Assembly (NCBI GenBank): GCA_964016885.1
Contig: OZ024743.1
Coordinates: 212,288,001 to 212,352,000 of the forward strand
Length of the DNA stretch: 64,000 nucleotides
Source: Eledone cirrhosa
Taxonomy: Eukaryota
Direction of reading: 5' to 3'
Each line of letters begins with the position of its first letter. Within the stretch, counting starts at the first letter, position 1. Shown in pieces: positions 1 to 11,200 of the stretch. Position numbers and translations under genes: made by a program. The notes below the pieces were generated by a model. It searched no databases. It saw only the letters and a list, made by a program, of their open reading frames with translations, and was not told where the DNA came from.

Positions 1-285
1 AAGCAATGAAATGAAATTTGGCGAAGTGAATTCCTATCATATATTTATAGAGAGAGAGAGTGAGAGAGAGCGAGGGGAGGGGGACACATGATGGCTGTGA
101 GTGTTAGGCGTTTGACCGCCCCGTGCCTTCGAAGAAGGAAGAAGGAAAGGATTTTGTTTTTTGTTTTGAAGATACGCTAGAATTAGGGATTGAGGTTTGA
201 AAATACGTTAGGAATTAAGGTTTGAAAATAGCTAGCAAGAAGGTAATGATTGAATGGGGTCCATGCATTTAACAAGCGATTATAT

Positions 286-522
286 ATATAATATAAAACG
301 AAAAATCAGTGATGCATCTGGATTCAGTTTATTGTGTGTTACAATTGTTTCGCCGGCAGATAACTCGAGACACGATCATTGTATGGATCTGTCTGATTCT
401 GAGATCTAGAATCAGACAGATCCATACAATGATCGTGTCTCGAGCTATCTGCCGGCGAAACAATTGTAACACACAATAAACTGAGTCCAGATGCATCACT
501 AATTTTTCGTTTTATATTATAT
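286..522. repeat. Near-perfect 237-bp palindrome (115-bp arms, 7-nt loop), probably an inverted Penelope-type pseudo-LTR
   Basis: 286-400 is the reverse complement of 408-522 with 3 mismatches. Each arm carries GAAAC-AATT-GTA-ACAC followed by AATAAA. Confidence 0.9.
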
Positions 523-595
523 CACACTCTGCTCTGTAAGAGCATAGAGTGCTCAACTGGCATACCGCCTATGGAAGCATCATAGCTACCATTAA

Positions 596-674
<79 letters not shown>

Positions 675-777
675 TATTACACTATATTACAAGAGCAAGA
701 ATGAGGGGCTCATTCTACTGACATGGCTTAAAAGAGGCTGTTTGTATAATTGCAAACGAATCGAATATTATTATTAA

Positions 778-970
778 TGGTCGGTGGATTGGCAGTATCG
801 GTAGAGGGTCGGACGCCATGCTTTCCAGCATAGTTACGTCCCTTTACGATCTGAGTTCAAATCCCGCCGAGGTTGACTTTGCCTTTCATCCTTACGGGGT
901 CGATAAAATAAAGTACCAGTAATGCACTGGGTAATTGCTGGCCTTGTGCCTAAAGTAGAAACAATTATTA
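778..970 (+). mobile_element. tRNA-derived SINE (Deu/Nin-domain-like core)
   Basis: A-box-like TGGCAGTATCGG, B-box GAGTTCAAATCC, core GACTTTGCCTTTCATCCTTACGGGGTCGATAAAATAAAGTACC; more than 10 copies in the window. Confidence 0.85.
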
Positions 971-1003
971 ATATTCGAAAATTAAAAGGGACGTAACTAT
1001 GCA

Positions 1004-1150
1004 TTCCAGCATAGTTACGTCCCTTTACGTCTGAGTTCAAATCCCGCCGAGGTTGACTTTTCCTTTCATCCTTAAGGGGTCGATAAAATAAAGTACCAGT
1101 AATGCACTGGGTAATTGCTGGCCTTGTGCCTAAAGTAGAAACAATTATTA
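1004..1150 (+). mobile_element. SINE, 5'-truncated tandem duplicate of the 778-970 copy
   Basis: Near-identical to 825-975, including the 3' flank AATTATTAATATTCGAAAA. Confidence 0.85.
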
Positions 1151-2094
1151 ATATTCGAAAAACTCCGATTACATTTATTGTATTCAGCCAGGATGGAACA
1201 ATAACATTTTTAGAAGTGCAGTGTATTTTGTTTCATGCAGTTTCAAATCGGCTGCAATTGATGTTGAAGGATATCTTTTATTAATAATTTACCCAAGTTA
1301 TCGATGCAATGGATACAAGCATGGCTAGCTACAATGATACTAATTGTAGTTCTATAATTTTGCTACTGGAAAAAGCTGCTTCGATAGTTTTTTGTGAATT
1401 TTTGTTTATTAAACCACTAGTTTTTTTCTCTTTAGCTAAAAAAACATGATTTTTAAATAAAGTATTGTGAATTTATATTTACTACCGCTACCTTAGGTGC
1501 CCTTACCAGAGTTCACTCTGTTGCATTCCAGGGTGGATTTCCAGTTTAAACACACTTTCTTCTTTCCACCAGTGATGGTAGCTATGAAAAGGGTCATGGA
1601 CACAACTTTTCCTCTTAATCAAGCAGTAAAAAACATATTTATTGCTATAGTGCTTTGCTTCTCTCACCAAATTTAGAAATGGTAAATCATTTGCCAAGAA
1701 TTTATTTTTTTAAACTTTTACTTTCTATCGTACTTTGATCACTTGATCATATATTGTAGTTTGGGAATAATCGATATATGTTGCTATTTTTCCTCTTTCT
1801 TTTTTTTTCTTTTTTTTTTATATTCAGCTTGATCCCGACCCCGGTGATCTTTGAGTATAAGGTGCAACTTTCACTTTGTCAAACAAAATAAAAGGGGGCC
1901 GTACTGTATACTCAATGATCTGCCACGTGACTGAATAATTGCTGCCAAAGAGTTTCATTTCACATTATTATATGGTATAGCATTCCATGGAGGTCAACTT
2001 TGCTTTTCATCCTTCTAGGCTGGATAAAATAAAGACAACACAACACACAAGAAGGTGTAGGACAGAACAAAGGAGCGACACAAAATAACAAATT

Positions 2095-2140
2095 AGTGAC
2101 CGAGGAGGTCACAGAATGTGTGACGAAAGAGCTTTGACAA
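2095..2140 (+). ncRNA. Degenerate hammerhead ribozyme motif (PLE-type relic)
   Basis: CCGAGGA-G-GTCACA/TGTGAC stem-GAAA-GAGCTT then AATAAA; U4 is C and stem I is imperfect. Confidence 0.4.
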
Positions 2141-3654
2141 TAAATAAATAAACAATCATCCGCTTATTAAACCAACCAACTGGAAATTTGTAATAAATTT
2201 AAGTGAAAAACAACAGGTGCGTGTGTTTTTATAGGCAGCATGCCCCTCTCAAAGTGTGTGTGTGTGTGTGTGTGTGTGTAAAGAGAGAAAGCGGAGGAAT
2301 TAACAAATAAGATATTGTTAATTCCTTAGGTTTAGATGTATTTCTGGCATCAGACACGCTGGACTTCTGAAGAACGAAGATGGATCTTGTTAGTATGTTC
2401 ACAAACTCCGTTTAAAATACAATCGTTTTAAAGCTTGTCACTGCCTTTTTTAAAAATGACAGAAACAGAGTAAATAATACGCTACTTGTCTATTATATTT
2501 TGTTCAAAAGACAGAGAGTTGGCAAAACAATAGAATTGTTGACAAATCACTTTACAGTATTTATTTTAGTTCGACAATGTTATGAGTTCAAATTTCGTCA
2601 GAGCCGACTTTTGACTTTCATCTGATCAGATTCCATAAAGTACCAGGCTTGTTAGTGTTGTTATTGCTGTTTAGTTGCTCGATCTGCAAGAAAAAGTATC
2701 CCGGACTAAAAAACATTGTGAGTGGTGATGAGAAAAAAAAATGTAAACCTAAATAGCTCGCTGTTCAAAGAGCACCGTGAAACACTCAGTATTTACAAAT
2801 ACTTAATCATTCTTATATTTTGGCGTAAAGTTCTAAACTAGGTTTTCAAGTTATCCATATATTTACATACTCGTAGGATACATTAGGTAACAGCTTTCAG
2901 CTTTTAGAATTAGCAATCGAATTAGTTCGAAAATGAGATGTAGATACAGAATCTTCTCGCTTCATCTCTGGGAGTCAGGGAGTTCATTCCATGAAGTTCA
3001 TTTCCAATTCTCATGATGCTATTTACTTTATGAATACAAACATTTTCATGAATGCATTTCAAAACTTGCTGTTTAGTAAATGTTTGTCGAAATAATATGA
3101 TGCGACATTCAAAGGTTATTTAAATCGATGTTAAGCCTCAGCCTCCTTGTTTTCGTTTTACGTAGAGGCAGTCAAAATCACTATTGATGTGAACATTTCA
3201 GTTGCACCCCTCCCCCTTCCTCAAGAGTGTTCAATGTGAATTTCATAAAAAAAAAAATTAGACACAAAAGGATACAAACATATACAGAACGTAAAATATA
3301 ATTTTACTCCGAAATATTTTTTCATTTTTCTTGGAAAACATTTTTTTTTCAAAATATAATACTAATCTATATAATTACTCTCCTGTCTGTAATATAGTTG
3401 GTTACTTGGTGCGTGAGGAGATCATGGGTGACGTTGTTTAGTACTAATATTTCTATTCTGTTGAAGGTTTTATGTATCATAAAGACCTGTCAATTCCTAG
3501 CAGGTTCAAGTCACGCAGAATTATGATGTTAGTACAAGACTCAACATATCCGAGTACCTTCTTCTTGTCATAGTGTCCTTAAAACAGTTTTAATGGAAAG
3601 TTGTGCCGGTTGTCGTTAGAAGACTCTTGCGTTTATTTCTTAAGGGCACTCAAA

Positions 3655-3860
3655 ATAATGGTTTCTGATTTAGGCACAGGACCAACAATTTTGATTAAAA
3701 CGACCTCAGTGCATTACTGGTATTTTATTTTATCGACCCCGTAAGGATGAAAGGCAAAGCTAACCTCGATGGGATTTGAACTCAGAACGAAAAGGGTCAT
3801 AACTATATGCCACAAAACATGTTGTCCGACGCTCTACCGATACTGCCATTCCACCGACCT
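3655..3860 (-). mobile_element. tRNA-derived SINE
   Basis: Reverse complement of the SINE core and B-box (GGGATTTGAACTC). Confidence 0.8.
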
Positions 3861-3877
3861 TGAGCACTCATTAATAA

Positions 3878-4078
3878 TAATTATTTCTATTACAGATACA
3901 AGGCCAGCAATTTTGGGGAGAGGAAGTCCACCTCAGCACGTGACTACAACTTTATTTTATCGACCCCGAAAAGCAAATCTAACCTCGGCGGGATTTGAAC
4001 TCAGGATGTAAAGGGACGTAATTCTATGCCGCGAAGCAGGGTCTCCGATGCTCTGCCAATTCACCACCAATTCACCGC
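3878..4078 (-). mobile_element. tRNA-derived SINE
   Basis: Reverse complement of the SINE head and core. Confidence 0.75.
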
Positions 4079-4213
4079 CCTATAATAATATTCATTAAGT
4101 TTTGTTTTATTTAAAAATGTGGACGTTTTCAAGTCTAGGTTAAGCAATATATTTAATTTAATTGTGGAAATTGTAGATTCCAAAGTATAATGTTCATCGA
4201 CAATATATAGACT

Positions 4214-4400
4214 ATGGTGGATTGGCAGTATCGGTAGAGGGTCGGACGCCATGCTTTCCAGCATAGTTACGTCCCTTTACGGTCTAAGTTCAAATCCCGC
4301 CGAGGTTTACTTTGCCTTACATCCTTACGAGGTCGATAAAATAAAGTACCAGTAATGCACTGGGTAATTGCTGGCCTTGTGCCTAAAGTAGAAACAATTA
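4214..4400 (+). mobile_element. tRNA-derived SINE
   Basis: Close match to the 778-970 copy. Confidence 0.85.
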
Positions 4401-4434
4401 TATAGACTGTCAATGACTTCCACGTGTACTTGCA

Positions 4435-4472
4435 AGTGTAGTGGTTATCACGTCTGCTTAACACGCAAACGG
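4435..4472 (+). pseudogene. tRNA-Val(AAC)-like fragment (D-arm and anticodon arm), probably a SINE head relic
   Basis: AGTGTAGTGGTTATCACGTCTGCTTAACACGCA resembles eukaryotic tRNA-Val; no T-arm or acceptor stem. Confidence 0.5.
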
Positions 4473-4577
4473 CCACGAGCTGGAATTAGAGAACACGTTG
4501 TAGTCGCTCCATCCGCTAGAAATAGCAGCCAAATATAAAAAAAAACAAAAAACAAGGACACGTTTCATAAGGATTCT

Positions 4578-4783
4578 ACTATAAGCAAAGGCCAACAATT
4601 TAAGGAGGGGAAAAAGTCGATAAAATCGATTCCAGTGAATTACTGGTACTTTATTTTATCGACCCCCATAAGGATGAAAGGCAAAGCTAATCTCGGCGGG
4701 ATTTGAAGTCAGAACGTAAAGGGCTATAACTTTATGCTGCAAAGCATGGTGTCTGACGCTCTACCGATACTGTCAATCCACCG
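4578..4783 (-). mobile_element. tRNA-derived SINE
   Basis: Reverse complement of the SINE head and core. Confidence 0.8.
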
Positions 4784-5050
4784 TTAAATAATGACGTCCT
4801 ATGGTTGAAACAAATCATTGGAGAAGATCGGGAGCTAAATAACTGAACTACCAGACAGAACTGATGTGACATTAATGTAACAAAGCTCGGCCCTCGAATC
4901 ACAAGTATAGTTCCCCGGCGAGCTTCTTACATAATTTCTGTTTTCGTAATTTCACTTATAAAGCCTGGATCGAAACAAACCTATAACAAAAGTTGTTTGC
5001 CAAAGGTACCGCTCTGGGGAAATTTTGAAGGAAACCGAAAGTGTGGATAG

Positions 5051-5155
5051 GGACGCCTGCAGGAATCGAACCATGCATCTACGGGAATCGAACTACGCAT
5101 TTGCGGGAATCGAACCATGCATCTACGGGTGTCATAGCCATTGCACTAAAGCGAT
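5051..5155 (-). repeat. tRNA-like head with three tandem 22-bp B-box units
   Basis: GGAATCGAAC units at 5062, 5084 and 5106 (GTTCGATTCC on minus), preceded on minus by A-box-like TAGTGCAATGG. Confidence 0.6.
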
Positions 5156-6339
5156 CTGGCTAACCTTTCACGTCCCGTAAACGCCTCTATCCATCTTTTT
5201 GCTGTTTCTAAAGGTAATTTTCCTGATTTATTCAACTATTTTGTAATTAGTAGAATAATTGTAAAAACTTTTTACAATAAAAGCAAATAAATTTCAAATT
5301 TTAAAACTTGCCCAAACATTCGTAAACTTATCGGTTTATTTATATTCCTAGTCAACAGCTATGAATTCTGTTTAGGCGCAGAAAGACAGGACGGTCACGG
5401 CTAGAACACTTTTGATCATAGAGTTGCTTCATTAGAGCTGGCCTTGATAACAGTGACTATGATAATAAATAACCATGTGTAAACACTCGGACTCACGTAC
5501 AATCACATACACACGCGCACACAGACACACACACATACACACACACACAAACATATACTCATACACACAAACACACACAACCAAAAATACTACTATAACC
5601 CCATGTAAACACAGGGACTCACGTATATCACATACACACACACAACCAAAAATACTACCATAAACACATATATATATATACGCACGCATGCATGTACACA
5701 CATTCACACGCCGACGTACATACATAAACACACACACATACATAAACGGTAATTCACTCACCCATTTACTTACTCTCCTTCCCCTCATTCACATAAACAC
5801 ACACATGCACACTTCTCTTCCTCCATCCTCAACAACTTTACCTTCACCATCACCACCCCTTCTACTGCTAGGCCATATCTCCCAGCCGTACGAACCTGGA
5901 ATCCTCGCGACGATCTCGTTCCCATTAAGCGCGCGTGACACACTTGCTTGCTCTCACGGTCGGCAAACTCTTACTGTACGTTCGCTCACTCAATCACACG
6001 CCCTTCCCATATGCCTCCTCTCTCTATCTGCTAATGTTAATATTGCCATTATCCCTAATTGTTTGTTGGTTACGATTAAGAATTCTACTATTTATTTTTG
6101 CAATGTTCTGAGCCATATTCATAGTTGTAGAATAAGATAGCTTAATTGTGTGTTTATTGAATATGGAATGGTATTTATGTGTACTTGGAAAGCAATTATC
6201 TAATGCCTAAAAGAATAAATTTGCCAGGGGTGTTTTGATAGCTAAAGATGCAGGAGGTGCATACCAAATAACTGATTTGGTTCTCATTTTTTTCCGAGAT
6301 TTATTCACAACATTAGTATTTTTATTTATATTTAAATAG

Positions 6340-7478
6340 TGTTCAAAAACGCTTAACTAGATTATCCGCTAACAAATCCATTTTTGATGAAATACCTGGA
6401 TATTATAACGAGGCGTTACATAAAGCAGGATATAAAAATAATATTGAATATCTAGATAATACTAATTCGAATTATAAATTAGGTAAAAATACGAATAACA
6501 TAAATAAAACGGACTCTAACAATTATTTAAATATAAATAAAAATACTAATGTCGTGAATAAATCTCGGAAAAGATCAGAACCAAATCAGTTATTTGGTAT
6601 GCAAATCCCCAAAAAATTCTTCGAAATTCTACATAAACATTTTCCACCAAACCACAGATACCACCAAATATTTAACAGATATACTGTTATATTCTCATAC
6701 TCTACATCAAACAATCTCCAACTTTTGCTGGAGATTATTTGATGTAGAATAAGTAACTACAACATTTATAAATTTAAAAATAATATGACCACACCACCAC
6801 AACATAATTTAAATAGGACTGCACCTTTTAAAAGGACAAATAATACAATCCTTCAACCTGGAAAACACAACCACCCAAATCACCCAAATCACCAACACAA
6901 AAACAACATAACACAAAATCACAATACAACCCTAGCACTAAACCACCCACAAAGCAACCTTCACTCTCCCGCTAACATTAATTACAATAGGAATAGCTCA
7001 AGGATTAATGAGAATGGTATAGGGACCCCCAACAGCCATCTTACGTATGGTTGTAATTGCAGAAATAGAAGCATTTGCCCCTTAAATGGCAACTGTTTGA
7101 TAAATAATGTAATATATAAATGCACTGTGTCTACTACTGATTCCAACAAAACATATATAGAATCTACATCAAACACATTTAAGAAAAGATTTTACGCACA
7201 CTCTTGTAGTTTTAACAATACTAAACTAGCTAACACCACATCTTTAGCTGAAGCAGTAAATAATTATAAAAAGAAAAAAAATGGATTTCAAGCTATCGCG
7301 GAACACCATTCTACAAAGAACTCCATATCTTGGGAACAGGAGGGAATGCAGATTATGTTCAGGCGAGATCTTGGAAATTACTAAATCTAAAGACGATTTA
7401 TTAAATAAAAGACAGGAACTGATTATAGTTTGTAATCACCGTATACGAAAAACATTTAAATATTATAAACCTGATTAA
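6340..7478 (+). pseudogene. Penelope-like element, 5'-truncated and frameshifted (RT thumb, linker, GIY-YIG); probably Naiad-type
   Basis: KRLTRLSANKSIFDE..YNEALHKAGY; KHFPPNHRYHQIFNR..SYS; CNCRNRSICPLNGNCL..VIYKC..YIESTSNTFKKRFYAH; CRLC..E..LLNKRQELIIVCNH. Confidence 0.85.
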
Positions 7479-7659
7479 ATATTCTAAATAGCAACTCACT
7501 ATAATTCTATATGGAGTAACATTTATTAGTATCCCTTTCCCCTAATTATACGCATTCATGCTTATTTCTTACCTTTTAATTTTTTAGCTTCCTTAGATTT
7601 ATGCGTTAATGACTAAGGGAAACAAGGTACACAACCACCCGTAATTGCATAAGTAAATA

Positions 7660-7679
7660 TGTATATATGTATGTATATG

Positions 7680-7764
<85 letters not shown>

Positions 7765-7765
7765 G

Positions 7766-7816
<51 letters not shown>

Positions 7817-7990
7817 ATATGTGTATGAGTGTTTTTATATGTGTGTGTACTATGTATGTGTGTGTACATACATATATATATATGTATAGGTGTGTATATG
7901 TAGATATATATATATAAATATATGTGTATATGATTGTGTGCACATGTGTAGATGTATGTATATGTTTGCATCTATTTATACATATGTATA
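7660..7990. repeat. (TA)n/(TG)n compound microsatellite
   Basis: Seen directly. Confidence 0.95.
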
Positions 7991-8233
7991 TTTTAATTGA
8001 GTATCAATATAACTATACCTCTATCTATAATGTGGGTATATGCACTTTGTGATTTATGAAATTTATGCATTTTGACTATGTCAACATACATTTATCTGAG
8101 TTTAATTATTTATACATAGACATACTTGAAAGTATTTTAAGGCGTATCATACGCTGTATTATACTAAGTACAATTTACCACACCGTACTATATTGTATTA
8201 CATTATATTATATTATTGTATTACTGTATTTCA

Positions 8234-8404
8234 TTGGATTGGCAGTATCGGTAGAGGGTCGGACGCCATGCTTTGTACCAGAGTTACGTCCCTTTACGAA
8301 CTGAGGTTAACTTTGCCTTTCATCCTTACGGAGTCGATAAAATAAAGTACCAGTAATACACTGGGATAATTGCTGGCCTTGTGCCAAAAAGTAGAAACAA
8401 TTAT
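8234..8404 (+). mobile_element. tRNA-derived SINE with internal deletion
   Basis: SINE head and core present; B-box region deleted. Confidence 0.8.
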
Positions 8405-8945
8405 CTTATTATAATTTTCATCTTTTAATATACTGTCTTTCCTAGTCATGACCTTAATTTATATTCACCCAAAACTCCATACAACACAACTCAATATTTA
8501 ATTTTTACATTCCTTTTAAACTTCGATATACCATATACATTCAACTATCAATTTGACAATCCCTTTCTTCCTAATAGATGTTTTATAGCAATTCTATTAT
8601 TAATACCATTCAACCATTCCTTTCAAAGGGTCATGACCTCAACTAAAGTGAATTATTTTTCATCTTAACATCATATGGAAAAAAACAATCTGATTGGTTA
8701 GTTCTTCAGCTACCTCCAAATAAGGTCATAGAACTAAACTTACTACTAATTTAATACTTATTTTGAATAAAATTATTATTGCTTTTGACAACAGCTGGTA
8801 AATATTCTCTTTATCTGATATTTTGTAACTTACCTTACATAGATCTATAACGAAGTATAGTTACAATGTATTATCATCACCTAGAAACGATCGTAAAGCA
8901 GTGAAGTATATTTCTAATGACTTGATTTTTTATTTCATTGTTTTA

Positions 8946-8976
<31 letters not shown>

Positions 8977-9087
8977 AACGTTTGGAGTTAGAAGGCCAGA
9001 ACAATGCAGGTATGGATATAGAATATAAATACAAATGCAAAAGATATTGCTGACAATTAGTCTTTTACCTTAAATTTATTTGAATAT

Positions 9088-9122
9088 CCTTAATTTTCGA
9101 GATATTATCTCTTCTTCGGAGG
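9088..9122 (-). ncRNA. Minimal type I hammerhead motif with U4C variant at the PLE 3' end
   Basis: CCT-CCGAAGA-A-GAGAT(AAT)ATCTC-GAAA-ATT-A-AGG: palindromic stem III AATT, UUA site, 3-bp stem I. Confidence 0.6.
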
Positions 9123-9520
9123 GAAGTAAAGGGGTTAATCCAGTGTTCTAATTAGCTTGCCAACATGCTGACAGGAAATGGTATAGAAATTCCATTCTAT
9201 TTCTAATGTCAAAGAGTGAAGGTTAGGTGGATAAAGGGTTGTCTCCCTTTAAAAGGGTTTGGACATGTATGTCTAAGTGTGTGTGGGAGAATACGTGAAG
9301 GTGTAAGCATGCGTGTGTGTGTGAGTGTGAGAGGCCATGTTTATATGTAAATGTGAGGGCTAGATGCTCTATCATGTTAAAACTGGTCTATGTGTGTGTA
9401 TGTGTGTGAGAGAGAATAAGTGAAGGTCTAACCGTGCATGTGTGTGTGCGTGTGTGTGTATGTGTGTGTGTGTGAGATGGTACGTGGAGGTGTAAGTGTG
9501 GGGCTAGGTGCTCTATCATG

Positions 9521-10381
9521 TTAAAATTTGGTGTTGAGTTCTAGTCTGTTATTGATTGGTGGTTGTGTTTTGTCTATAATAAGTGCTTCTTTAATTCTAA
9601 GATTGCCGAGGTTTCTTTCCTTAGCTTCTAATCTAATTATGTTTTTGTCGGTGTTTTTGCATTTCACTAGGTGTTTCTTAAATGAGGGAGCGTTAGTGTT
9701 GAGGTGTTCTTTTATTCTAATGTGAAGTTGTCTGGTAGTGCTACCTATGTAGAAATTGCTGCATTTGTCGCACTCTAATCTGTATACGACGTAAGCCTGG
9801 TGGCATAGGTCTGTGTCGTCGATGGGGCAGTTGGCTAGCCTGCAGCGACTGTCATGTCTGGTGGAGTGTCTTTTGGTTAGCTGTCCGCATAGAGAAGGTC
9901 CTGAGTGGGCTAGCTGGATATCTAGTCCCTCTCGTCTGATAGCTCTGCGGATGGCTGTTGTTGTTTCGTCACTGAAGTGTGGGAGCTTCAGGAAGCAGGT
10001 ATTAGTGCCTCGGGTGTGGTGTCCTCTGTTGTTTCTGGCAGGGTTCGCGGTGGACGTCGGGTATCCGTTCAGTTTAAGTACTTCCAGGAAATGTGTGGTG
10101 CATGTGTCCTGGTCTCTTGCGTCGGTGCATTTGTTCTGGATACGTGTTAGTTCGTTCCTTATGTATCCGAACTTAGCGCTGACTGGGAGGGCTGATCTGA
10201 AATGTACGAACAAGTCCCTGCTGGCGGCTTTTTTATAGAAGCAGGTGTGGATGGCGCCTTCCTCTGTTACCCTGAGTTGGAAGTCCAATAGGGATAGGGA
10301 TCCACGGTCATCGGAGTGTTCCATGCTGAACATTATATTGGCGTCCATGCTGGAGAATGTCATGTATATAAAGTTCAGCAT
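9521..10381 (-). CDS. PLE polyprotein C-terminal fragment (RT end plus GIY-YIG endonuclease)
   Basis: FSMEH..LSLLDFQL, YKK..LFVHFRSALP, NGYP, VVYRLECDKCSNFYIGSTTRQLHIRIKEH, KEALII..PPIN. Confidence 0.9.
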   Translation of the reverse strand: MLNFIYMTFSSMDANIMFSMEHSDDRGSLSLLDFQLRVTEEGAIHTCFYKKAASRDLFVHFRSALPVSAKFGYIRNELTRIQNKCTDARDQDTCTTHFLEVLKLNGYPTSTANPARNNRGHHTRGTNTCFLKLPHFSDETTTAIRRAIRREGLDIQLAHSGPSLCGQLTKRHSTRHDSRCRLANCPIDDTDLCHQAYVVYRLECDKCSNFYIGSTTRQLHIRIKEHLNTNAPSFKKHLVKCKNTDKNIIRLEAKERNLGNLRIKEALIIDKTQPPINNRLELNTKF

Positions 10382-10430
10382 GGAACACCCCGATGACCCC
10401 TAGTACACGGCAAAGATGTTTTGTGATTTA

Positions 10431-10644
10431 CGAGGGTCAGCTGAAAAGTTCATAGGTTGTCTATGAAGGATTGATGCTAGAGCTGTAAAATCTTGCAGGC
10501 ATTAATTTCAACTCTTCTTATTAATAACTGCATTGTTTCTTTCCATGGACTATGTTGAAAAATAAACCTCATTTGGTCATTTCATGAGAGTGTCTTGGTC
10601 AGCCTATGAACGTTTCAGCCTATTAACTTTTTAGCCGACCCTCG
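10431..10644. mobile_element. Tc1/mariner-type MITE
   Basis: TIRs CGAGGGTCAGCTGAAAAGTT / AGCCGACCCTCG, TA on both sides; further copies in the window. Confidence 0.85.
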
Positions 10645-10869
10645 TATTTATTGATCGCAGAAAATTATTGTATATTTAATTTAATTATACAAATATATCA
10701 CTTTTCTGAGATATCCCCCTCAGGCAACTGCCCAGTTGGCCTTAATAGCAACGCCGGTCCTATCTGTGTATCTTCATTATGTAGAGAAGTCAGGTTTTAA
10801 TATCAACTATGGATAAATATTCTAACCTTGATTAGTTGCCGATCTTTTGCAAAGATCAAATGCAACAAA

Positions 10870-11200
10870 CATTAGAATATTTCTCCCGAACGATGCCACT
10901 GCTACATTGAAGTACATCCTCGACTACTAAATATAGATGCCACTCGGCTGATTGGCAAAGATCCACCCATCAACATGCTACAATTATTGGCTATCAGGCA
11001 CAGTTTCGTCCCTCACTACATCTTCCACCACTAAAATGACTTTTGCTCCTCTGAACAAACAAGCTACGTTTCTAAGACTACTCAATACAGCCGTTACGTT
11101 TTCCGTCAACCATTCCCATATCATTCACACACGAACCCTGTATCTTGGAAGAGTATCTTCTGCTATAGCTTCAGGTTGATTTAACCGTTTCAAGTAAAGT
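10870..11200 (+). pseudogene. Decayed 3' fragment of an APE-type LINE (I/Jockey/CR1 group)
   Basis: Remnant peptides ATRLIG and LAIRHS..IFHH*NDFCSSE resemble LINE ORF2 C-termini. Confidence 0.4.

Larger units (their letters stand above)
8975..10398 (-). mobile_element. Penelope-like element, 5'-truncated with 5' inversion and 3' hammerhead-like motif
   Basis: GIY-YIG ORF, microsatellite-rich 3' UTR, HHR-like motif at 9088-9122, inverted arms 10306-10338/10366-10398. Confidence 0.85.

Noticed and set aside
1503-1697. Small ORF or possible minus-strand exon with a GTAAGG donor
   Set aside because: No recognisable domain and a weak acceptor; needs RNA data.
2365-2410. CTGAAGA with downstream stem
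   Set aside because: No GAAA at the right position.
6242-6270. CTAAAGA-TGCA..TGCA motif upstream of the Naiad-type relic (5440-6300 may be a PLE pseudo-LTR)
   Set aside because: Both core halves are mutated; too degenerate to call.
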